Of a stretch of DNA of 64,000 nt, positions 1 to 10,734 are shown in pieces. The DNA lies in NCBI GenBank assembly GCA_001662655.1, contig KV460254.1; one strand, given 5' to 3'. A program made the position numbers and the translations under genes. The notes below the pieces were generated by a model, which made no database searches, was not told where the DNA came from, and was given only the letters and a program-made list of their open reading frames with translations. This DNA comes from Pseudogymnoascus verrucosus (Eukaryota). Every line of letters begins with the position of its first letter. The first letter of the stretch is position 1.

Positions 1-1013
1 TTCTATTGTTGGTGCGCGCGGCTGAGTGGGTGGTCTGGGGCGTGGGAGAGAGGGAGGGAAAGGAGAGAGGGGCTGGCAGTTGTATGATGAATGGATGGAT
101 GGCTAGCTAACACCCACCGCAGTCCCTCTAATCGGCATCAACCTCCTCGTCATAGTCTACGAGTTAATCCTCGGATAATACCCCATCAGGCTGGGCTAGG
201 ACGGCCCACCCTATCAACGATATCAAGCGGGCGGAGGACGAGCGCATAGAAACGCGAGTTGCGGGTATCATAATACGAACAGATTTTGGTTGGAAAAACT
301 GTACTATAAACAAATTACGGGAACACAGCGATGGCATACACACAAACACGGCGTTACAAAGGGTGCTGGCGGGCGGGGGAGGAAGGAGCCTTTACAATAG
401 CAGAACGAATCGTCACGAAATGAAACATCTTTTCAAATTCACAAAATCGAGTTTTATATAAATTATTAGAATCAAGCACGCGGGAAGGAAAGGCAAAGGT
501 GATACGGTGGTAATCGGACAATATTTCCTTATTCCAATATCATCTCTACTACCCAAACCAATCCTATCCTATCCAATATACCCCCTTCCTTTCCTCCCAC
601 TTTCAAACCCAAAAACAGACACACACACCTCAGTGCCTCATATGCCCGTCTGCTGGGGTTGGCCATGCATGCATGCATCCCCCCACCCCACGGCGTCCTG
701 TGTGCTACATAATACTGTCTAATATTAAGTCCCTCCCCCCAACATCATTCATGCCACTCCTCTGCTCGGAATAAAAATGCTGTACACTCAAAAGTATGTC
801 CAACGACGCCTCGACCATAAAAATGCGCGGCAATCTTTGACAGCGCGGACAGAACAGACAAGGCAGACAGAGATCCCTCCCTCCCGTACTTTTAGCGGTC
901 CACCTCATGCTCACAAATATATGTACTTCCCCATCCCACCTCCAGACCCCTCTGCATACAACCCGCCCCCCCCCCTATCCAATTCAATCCCATTCAATCC
1001 ACCCCCCACCTCA

Positions 1014-3571
1014 CTATTGCGGCGAAAGATTACTCTTCTTCCTCCCCAAACTAAAGCTAAACCTCTCCTTCGCCGGCTTCGCCAACCGATCCGGGATAGG
1101 CGGTATAGCCTGATCGCCATCCACCGCCACCTCTCCCTTCGACGAGTCATTCTTCAGCCATCCCAGCGACCGACGACTCATGCTCTTCGCACCCGGGCGA
1201 TTGCGGTTGACGGTCAGACCGCTGATGAAGCCATTCTCCTTCTTACTGTTGTTGATGTTGATGTTGCTGCTGCTGCTATCGGCCGGTCCAGTCGCTAGTG
1301 AAGACGACGACGACGCAGCCTCGCGCCGGCGCTTCTCCTCATCCTCAGCCGCCGAGATCTTACTCGCGTTCATCGCATTCTTCAGCGCCTCAGCTTGCGT
1401 CCTCTGCGCCTCCTTGCGCCTTTGATCGAGCTCCTTCCTCTGCCTCTCGTCCGCCTTGGCTTTCTCCTTATCGGCTGCAGCCTTCTCCTTCTCAGCCTGC
1501 TTCCTCGCCTTCTCAGCCTCCTTGCTCTCCTTCTTCGCGGCTGCGCGGTCGGCCTTCTTGGGCGCCTCGAATTGCGATGGTAGGGACTGTGCTATTGTGT
1601 CTGGCACCGCTGGGTGCATTTCAGGGGAAGTCGATAGTGTGGGGTTCGTTTGTGCATGGGCTAGGGGTGGTAGTACTTCGTCCTTGGCCGGCGTCGGAGG
1701 CAGTGTCATCTGCCTCGAGATCAGGCTTCCGTTCGCACCGGGTGTCTGCGGTTGCGTGGTTGGGATGCCAGCTTCTTCGGTAGCAATCGCAACCTCGTCG
1801 ACACCCTCGGCCTCTTGCTCCTTGCGAACAGCTTCTAACGTCGTTTCCTGGTAGAACAGGACGTACGCACATGCCATTCCCGGCTTATCGCCAAAGAAGT
1901 TGCGCACGTAGTGCTTATCAACGGGCTCGACCATCTCGTCATCGAATAATAACCAGCCTCTATCTTTTGTCTTGATAATTGATATGTAATGACCGTGGTA
2001 TGCATTTCCACCAATGTGCACAACAACGCCGTAGAGTTCGTAAAGCCTATCCGGATCCTCTGCGTCGTCTGTGGTGTTGAACATACGTAAATGGTATGGA
2101 TACACGACTCTATGGAACAGCTTCTGCAGACGCGTCATATCCTCGGTATACTTAAATCTCTTCAAGTGTAGCGTCAGGATCTTCGGCAGCCGCTTGATCT
2201 TCATGCGTTTCTCAGCCTCTTGCAGCCCACCACAGTTGTCGCAATGAAACTTGTTTCTCTCGCACAGCATTTCCTCCGCAGAAAATTTCCGGAGGCAGGA
2301 CGTGACCGACGAGTGCTGTTCTAAGTCGATTGACAGATCAATGAATGTCTCGTCTCGCTGAGACGCAGATTCGCAAGTAAGGCATTTAGTCTCAGACGTC
2401 AAAACACCCTCAAAGATATCATGAACCCATCCGGTCCCAGGGGACTGAGCACCAGTTGATAGGCCCATCGCCGACGCCGCATTAGCAAAAGCCGACATCA
2501 TGCCGTCGCCCAGAGCTTCTTCATTCTTGGGCGGCTCTAGTTCTTTGAGTCTCCTCGCATTTTCTTCTACATTTGTAATCACAGCATTGAGCAAGATTCC
2601 GTAAAATTCGTGTGCATCTTGGTGCATGGTAGTGCGGAACATCTCATTGTCCCGCTTGAAGATCTCCAAAAACCTCTGTGGGCTGAGTATACCCATCCTC
2701 GTCTGTGACTGTATGAGCGTCGTGAAAATGTCCTTCAACGCCGTGAAGGTGGATTCCTCCATGCCATACTGACGGGCATTCTCGTACGTCAAATCCACGA
2801 TAGGCCCTGCCAGCATGGCCTGCTTCTTTTTATATTCTGGCGAGTCTGGCTTATCTTCTGGTCTAACTTGACCCGGGGGCGCCTGCGGAGGTGGCGTTGC
2901 CGCTACGGCCGCTCGCCGCTTCGCTGCTTCTGCTGCCGACAATCCCTTTGCGGTTTGCGGGTGAACTGCTCCTCCATTCATGGAGCTCGATATAACGGGT
3001 TTTGGGTTTGCGTTCGGGGTGTCGTGAGGCGAATGAGGGGGGTATTGTAGTACATGTTCTCGGAATGGTATGGAGTAGTATAGAGCTTGAACGATTGAAT
3101 TGCAATAACTGTACAATGTCAGAAAGGCGATCGCGCCTGCGGAAGTATAATCACAAACCAGGTATTTCCAAACTATTTTGCCTAAGTCAGTAAACTGCGC
3201 AACCTGTGTGGAATGGAAGGGGGGGTCTCATACATTTTCCATCCCAAAGAACTTATCGCTCCCATCAGGTCGGATAGGTCCAGCATTGAGCAACATCTTC
3301 TCCAGCGGCGTCAACTCCACCACAGGCTCCTGCTGCTGCTTCTTCGACGCATTCGCATTCTGGCCCGGACTTGACGGTCCCTAGCCCTCCGTCAGCACAC
3401 AAAGCCACCCCAAAAAAACCCCCGAAAACCGCATCGCAAAGCCAGCAGCTGGGGTCCCAAAACGAACCCGCCCTCGCCGCAGAGCCCCGCCATTGGTCAT
3501 CGGCGCACACGACAAACGGGAAAAGAGAGACTCACGGTGCCGGTCTTGAACTTGCTGAACAGGCCCGTCAT
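1014..3571 (-). CDS. creB: Ubiquitin carboxyl-terminal hydrolase (USP/C19 family, CreB/Ubp9-Ubp13 type); exons ~3571-3536, 3380-3234, 3172-3159, 3108-1014
   Basis: Spliced Cys box GMENFGNTCYCNS, QDAHEF, LHLKRF and His box [11 protein letters not shown]...WLLFDDE; charged coiled-coil C-terminus; N-terminal LTPLEKML...[13 protein letters not shown] typical of CreB; canonical introns. Confidence 0.93.
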
Positions 3572-5593
3572 GGCGACGACGGTCGTGGCGTTGCGTTGCG
3601 GTGCGCGGAGGGGTGCGTGATCGAGTCGGTTGAGGGGCGCGGGCGACGGCCACTGTGGGACGTCACACACAGTTTCGCCGGAGGCAGGTGGGATGGAGCT
3701 TAGGCTGTGCTCATCTCAATTCGCGATATGCAGTTGTTGAAGGTCGATGGGGAAGGAGTTATTCTTGCCCTTGCCAGTTTTCCGGGGAAGGAGAATTGGA
3801 CTCGGAGGAGAGGTTGTCAAAGCGGGGAGGACTGTGGTTGTGGGAGCGGTTTCTTTGCCTGTTCAGCTTTGGGGGCTGGAGCGTGCAGGTGGTGTGGATG
3901 GCGTCAATGGGGGGAGAGCCTGTTGCTACTTGGTGGGAGATGGATGCTGTTGATGGAAGGTAAAGATAGATGAGCGAGTTGACAAGGACTTGGACATGAG
4001 ATGGGGAGCAAACGGGCGGCAGAGATGGTTGGAGGGCTGGTTGTTGGTTTTGGTTTCGGTGGTTATGGTGGAGTGTGGCTTCCGTTGTGGTGGTGTCTCG
4101 GGAAGGAGTGAGTTGAAAGGTGGACCCTTTGTAATGGGATGGAAGCATGGAGCAAGGGATGAGGGAAGAAGGAAGCAGCGGGGGATGGAGAAGTGGAGGA
4201 GGAGAGAGGAGAGTGTGCGTGGTGCATGGAAGGGGTGGAATGGTGGAAGGTGGTAGAGTAACTGGGGAGGACTGGGGGGGTTGAGGTATGGAGGTACTTT
4301 AGAATAGTATGGGGGGAGCAGCAAGGCAGTATGTACCTTGTTTTAGTAAGAATTACTAGTGGTAATCATACAGTAGCAAGGGCTCACAGTACTGCAGAAA
4401 GAGTAGAGTACTAGAATCAGGTAAGCCACAGTCTATTTAATGTTAGAGGAGGGATCTTGGAGGAGGGAGGGGATCCTTCCAAATTGATAGGAGGAATGGG
4501 AGAAAGGCAGCCGAAAGGCGTTGTTATGGGGGTGGTGTATGGGTGTATGGGGGAGTTTATGGGGTGGTTTATTGGGGCCACTAGAGGCTAAAATGGGGCC
4601 AAGTTCGAACAGTGCTGAGTGCATGGTTGGTGGTACGATTAATGGGTAATGGGGATTGTTGGGACGGAGAGAGGAGAGAGGCTGGAGGGACTGGAGAGGC
4701 TGGAGAGGGCTGGAGAGTCGTGCACTTGTCTTGTAGAGAGTTAAAGTAAGGTACACACATAAGTAAGCAGTAAAAAGTCGAGTAGTACAGTAGTCGGAGT
4801 AGTAGTAGTCGGCGTAGTAGTATGCGTCCTGCAGGTCACAATTGTTGGTACGAGTAACTCTACAGCCTGATCCTGATTAATCCAACAGCACCTAAAATAC
4901 CACCACAGCCATATACAGATTACACACTTAGTAAATTGTGGCTCCTAACAAATCGCACAGCCTCCTTGCCCTCCTCCTCTCTCCTCCCCTCTCCTCCCCT
5001 CTCCTCCCCTCTCCTCTCCTCTACTCTCCCTCCTAAATACTATCTCCTACCTCCGTACTACACCCGTAACCCTCCCTCCCACCTCCATCCATCCAACACC
5101 CCTAATCCCTCTCTCACACCCACCCAGCCGATCCCTCCCCGCCAAAACCTCCCCTAGCCACACAATCCCTCGTGGCTCCCCCATCCCCCCCCAGCACCTC
5201 GCTTCCCACCCACGCAGTTTGACAGCCCCAAACAACGCCTATCCCCACCAATCAGCGCTTCCACACCGCCATCCCTGAACTGCCATGTGCTCAGCTGTTG
5301 ATAGACGTAGTGCAGTACAGTAGTACGGTGCAGTACGGTAGCACCAGTGCGTTCTGGGTGTCTCTGGTCCGCCGTACTAGAAACCGGCCAGGACCAATAC
5401 TGCAATGTGTTCATCCTTCCTTTTATCCAGAACAGTACCAGCCCTGCCAACTTTCTAACCCTTCTAACCCTCCTTCCCACCCGTCCCCCAGCTTCCCCAT
5501 CATCCCCAACACCCCTCCCCTGGCCCGTCTGTCCCCCCTCCAACCCACACACCACGGACTCAACCCTCCGCAATACCGCCGTGAGACGCCCGC

Positions 5594-5626
5594 GGTTGGC
5601 GGGCGATGCAACATCCCCCGCCAACC
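5594..5626. other. GC-rich hairpin (inverted repeat)
   Basis: GGTTGGCGGG-C-GATG / CAA / CATC-C-CCCGCCAACC: 14-bp stem with one mismatch. Confidence 0.6.
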
Positions 5627-5942
5627 CGACGCCACGGCCTACGGGAGGGGTGAGCTTGTGCGTGCTAGGCACTGGTTGCTGTTGGCGGGCAGAGTTTCCC
5701 CGGAGGCGGGAACGTATGATGGTGGCGAGGAAGGGGGGAGATCGGATCGGCACGTAGGGAGTTTAGGCGGGGTGATGATGATGATGTTACGAGGGGATGT
5801 ACGTAGGGGATACGCAGTTGTGGAATCAGCTGGACGTGTGGTGGTGGTGGTGGTTACGTGTGTTTGCGAATAGGCAGCTAGAAATGGGTAGCTAGGTGGC
5901 AAGCTATAGCTGTCGTGGCCAAGAGGATATGTGGAGAATGGT

Positions 5943-6270
5943 GGTGAGCTGTTGGCGTACAGCACGTGAACACGAGAAAGTGGCTGCCTCTCAAGGCACG
6001 CAGTATATAGCTTTCCCGGTCAAGAGAAAGCTATACGTGCCTATCTATCCAGGAAGGGTGGTGGTAAGCTGTCGAAGCACAGCACGTGAACACGATCGAT
6101 AAATGGCTGACTCCTGTCCAGACACGTAGTATAGCTTCGTCGAGAGCTCTAGGAAGGTGTGCTGGTAAGCTGTTGGAAAAATATCACATGAACACGATCA
6201 ATAAACGGCTGCCTCCTATCCAGGCACGTAGTATAGCTTCGTCAAGAGCCTAAGAAATGTAGCAGTAAGT
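5943..6270. repeat. Degenerate tandem repeat, ~100-120 bp unit, 3 copies plus start of a 4th
   Basis: Unit GGTRAGCTGT...CACRTGAACACGA...GGCTG...CACGYAGTATAGCTT recurs at ~5943, 6063 and 6164. Confidence 0.8.
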
Positions 6271-6548
6271 CATCATAGTCCCTCCAGTCGAGTATCCCAG
6301 GACACAAGCACAAACAGACCAAAAGGATACATCATATACACATTGTATTCCCCACCAACATCGCGCCGCTACAAGTGGTATCCCTCCAAACGCCGCCGCA
6401 GCCATGACCGCATCATAGTATACAAAAAAAATGCTCCCGCTGCGAACAAACTTACAAAAGGCCGCAGCCTACCCGCTCCCCAAAGCACACCTATCGTACT
6501 GTAGACACCTCCAAAAGCTTCCCTTCCTCCCTTCCTCCCCTCCTCCCC

Positions 6549-8467
6549 TCACAAATACCTCAACCGCCTCGTCGCATACGCCGCCCCCAACGTACTCAAC
6601 GCCCCAATAAACAAACAAACCGCAATCCCATTAACCCCCTCCTTCTTGACTTCCCCCCCTTCCCCCCCCGCCAACTCCGGGCTCTTCCCCGGCTCCAGCA
6701 CCGAAAAAACAATCAACGAAATAAACGTCCCCACAAACTGCGGCAACGTCGTATAGATATTCAGAATCCCAAAATAAATCCCCGACAGCTCCCCCGTGGA
6801 CGCGATATCCTCGTCGCCGCCGCGGTGGAGGAGAGAGGCGGACGAGGGACGGAGAAGCTCGAAGGAGTCCGAGCGGCGGGCGTCGGAGCGCCGGCGGTAG
6901 GAGGAGGTGGGGGGGGCGCCGGAGCTGAGGCGGTTTACTTCGATGCCAAGGAAGGCGAAGGGGGCCCAGGAGCCGAGGACCCAGGGGCTGGGGGGTGGTT
7001 AGTTGTGTCTTACTTGGAAGATAAGGGGGGGGGGCTTACAGTCCGCAGAATGCGACGAGGGCGGTGGCGAAGCGGAAGGATGATGCGAGGGGTGCGAGGA
7101 TCATGGCGCCGGCGAACATGAAGTGTCCGATGAACCAAGCTGTGAGCAGGTCAGGCTTGTGCTTAGTGACGAGTTTGACGAGCTTAGCGATGCTGCTCGG
7201 TGGGCGGGGCGTGAAGTTGTCTTCCTCTGGCGAGCGCACGAAGAAAGGCATGAGGAACGCCCCTGCGAAGGTGACCATGGAGAACACAACCAGTGCCATG
7301 CTTCCAATGCGCCCGACGTCTCCGAGCGCGTCTTCCGACTGCTTCACATCCACAGGCGCGTCGTAGCGGAAGTACGTCTCACCAACCCATGTGCTGCCGT
7401 AGAAGAGGAATGGGAACCAGCCGATCCAGGCCCAGAATTGCGCCCAGCAGATGGCTTGGATGCGGGGGGGGAGGTGCATGATAGTCTTGATGATCTTGCG
7501 CACGACCTTGACGCCGCTTGTTGTTGCGTCGGAGGACTTGCCGGAGATGAGGACGCGCTCCGTTACGGCCCAGGAGGACACGCCGACGGTGAACATCAAG
7601 ATGAAGCAGGCGATGAGGACTAGCTTCTTCAGCTGCGTGTCGCCCATGCCCTTTCCAAAGATAGAGACGAGGTCGATTGTCCCCGCCGCGTACCCAACCA
7701 GGTGTCCCACCGCGACCATCCTACTCGCCCAGGCCGATCCGAGTTGCTGCTTGGGAATAGGCAGGGTATCGACGATCAAGCTGCGGCCACAGGATTGAAT
7801 CGCATTGATGGCAAAGTCCACAGCGTAGATGCTAAATACAGCCACCACGATTGTCCACGTCTTTGCCTTCTCCTCGTCCGACACGAACACCCCCACGAGT
7901 TCCTTCGCCCATGCCATCGCGATGAACGAGATCGAAACGATTATCGACGCAATGACCATGAAGGGTCTCCTCCGGCCGAATTTCGACTTCGATTGATCCG
8001 CGATCACGCCGACGATGGGCTGCATTATGAGGCCGGAGAGGGGGCCTGCGATCCAGACGAGGGAGGTTCGACTTTTCGTGAGCCCGAGTGCGAGGAGGTA
8101 TGGTGTGCAGTCTGTATGGTGTGTTAGCATTCTATAGTCAATAAACAAAGGCGATTGGGGTGCTTACAAGTCATCTCGACTCCCCATGTGAACCTAGAAA
8201 AGCTATCAGCATAATTATCCCCCCGAATCTGAGCAGCTGAGCTTACTGGATCCCAATTAGGGACATGGTCAACAGAGCCATCCTCATGGACTCCGTAGAG
8301 CCCTTTATGGATGGCTGCCCTGCCCACGACGCCATATCTTTGCCGTCTCCCAATTTATCCTCCATCAAGTCCTCGTGCTCCTCCGGTCGCCGCCAACCGC
8401 CCGTCGGATACCTGGGCACAGAGTACCCGTTGGCATCATCACTCGAATTGTCTTTGAGCACTATCAT
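6549..8467 (-). CDS. Sucrose/general alpha-glucoside:H+ symporter (GPH/SUT1-like MFS); multi-exon, start may be at 8467 or a downstream Met (~8364 or ~8335)
   Basis: WAGQPSIKG...FTWGVEMTYCTPYLL, WIAGPLSGLIMQPIVG, GRRRPF, FWAWIGWFPFLFY, ELSGIYFGILNIYTTLPQF motifs; GT-AG introns join the ORF pieces in frame. Confidence 0.9.
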
Positions 8468-10734
8468 AGCTGCTCTGCATATTTCCTCGCGTACACCCTT
8501 AACAGCCAACAAAATGTCGTTTGAGGGTAGTCGTCGTTCGTTCCGTCAACAGATTGGGAGGACGTTTTTGAGGGCTGGGTGACCTAGGAGGCGTTGACTT
8601 TGGGGATATTTTGGGAACGACAGGGGTCGCCTCAAGCGGCGGGTGAATTGGCTGGCGTTTTGGGACATGGGGGTGCCCAGGGGGAGGGTTATCGCAGGTC
8701 GGTCCACAATCGCTGGTCCTAGCCCCTCCTCATCAAAAATGATTGCGTGTAAACCGCCCCTTCTAAAACACATTAATTTTAGACAGTGTGGAGTAAGTAA
8801 TCTAGACCACCTTTTTGCTATGTCTGAAGATGCGTTGGGAAAGGATAGCTCGAGCGGCAAAAAAGGCAAAAAAATATAGTGTTCTTAATCGAGGTGATCC
8901 TCGACTCGCAGATTGCGGCTTCTGTGGATCGAACACAGTGCCTCCAGATATCGGAGCTGAAGTTGTCTTCAGTCTGGCGCTCTCCCAAGTGAGCTAAAGC
9001 CGCCTTGGTGTTAGACGGGAGATTATCGGTGTACATAACATGAATATCGTCAAGTTCAATGGATAAACTACAATTTATCTATTTTATATGGTAATTTCGA
9101 ATATAAATGGAAGGTACGACTGAGAGTCGTTGCCAAATCTACCCAACAATACTTCGAGCATCACTCCTTCCCATAATATTATTGTCCCCGCATACCGTAG
9201 TATTAATAATCGACGGCACAAAATACCCAATAAAAAGTTACGGGATTCTTTCGGGCTGCACCGAAAGACGGATACCCGGTTCGGGAATCCGTCAAGGATG
9301 CGGCGACTGTCACATATCACTTCTTGGAGGGGGAGGCGGTCTGGAGGCTGATACGACCCAAGCTCCAAGTCACAACCACAGTTACGACCTAGAAAAGCCC
9401 TATGTATAGCCATCGTGAAAGCTGAGCTGTGGGAAATCAAAACTACGATTGGATGGTAAAATATCGCTCAGCACACAAGGGCAACCGGGGAGTTATAAAC
9501 GCGTAGGTGTACGTGGTGTGGGCGTTAAATCAAGATTTTGGCTTCCTGTGTAATGTACACCGACAATGCGCCGTGAGCCGTCCTCGCTATATCTTACTCA
9601 AATAGGGGTCCCTCTCAAGAGTATGAAGCCGTAGGAAAAGCACACAAGCAGAGGAGGTTCAACACCCATGATCCGATCCAGCCCGATCCAACAGCCCCCA
9701 GTTTACTTCCTTGGAACAGAGATAGTAAGCCAAGGGAGGATATAGAGCATGTACTGTCGCATCGGGCGGGATGCTCGATATATTTGGTCCAGGCTGCGCC
9801 ATCCTTACAGAGTGTGATCCCATCAGCTGCATGCAGCCTGTTTCCGCATAAGCTCTCCTGCATATCACCCTGGCCGCGCATCCTTTAGAGATTCGAAGAT
9901 TAAGTCTTCATCTGACAGATCGCTGGGTCTCTCAGAAGGAATTTGATGGTACGGGGAGCTGCGATGTGATACAGTGAAGTGAAGTATAGTTGCCAGTTGC
10001 CAGTTGCCGATACAGAAACTGCACTGTGCACAACATGTCCAGTGCGAGATGAATGTGAGACAAAAGAGCTGGATGTTGAATATCAAGAGTACTCTAGCAT
10101 CGGCGAGCTGGAATACGGGGGGAAGTACTACCCCACTGACTGTACTGTGCATCCTCACCCCCACGTCGCCCAGTAAAGGAAAGCGCAATGCTCTCCTGGC
10201 CGATTACAGGTTATTGTCGCCACCACCGCCGAGGGCTGAGAGTCTGTGTGTATTTATGTGGTCTCTGTGGTCTCCGTACAGAAATTCTGGGGCCAAAACT
10301 CGCGCTTCAGTCAGTCATCTTGCCTCGGGGCTTACGAGTAGCGGCCCGCATGTCTCTGACGAGGCTGGCTATCCCCATCCATCTCCAAGAGCCAGTGGGC
10401 GTTCCCCGCCACATCACAGGCACCCAATCGCTACTGGCCAGCGCGCCCCTACAGTCAGAGACATGTCCCCAGTGACCTCGCGACAACTCATCTTCTATGT
10501 CTATTGCAGATTCACAAACTGATCTTCACGTCATCCACGCCTTTGGTTCGTACTCACGTTTAGGCGCGGTGGTGGAGGTGGCGGTGGTTTGCGACAGCCC
10601 CAACTGACCTGCGTCTCACTTCGACTCCCCGCCCGCGGCCAACCAAGCCGGTTCCGACAGTCACTACATTGACGTCGCACCACTCACTCGAACGTCGGTT
10701 CACGATAAACACACTCTCGTCGTGTCCCCCGGCA

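Noticed and set aside
777..1854. Several plus-strand ORFs of 80-173 aa
   Set aside because: Antisense shadows of the GC-rich creB 3' end and UTR; low complexity, no domain
3655..5965. Many overlapping 60-199 aa ORFs upstream of creB
   Set aside because: They arise from purine/pyrimidine-skewed low-complexity sequence, with no motifs or consistent splice structure; creB uORFs cannot be excluded
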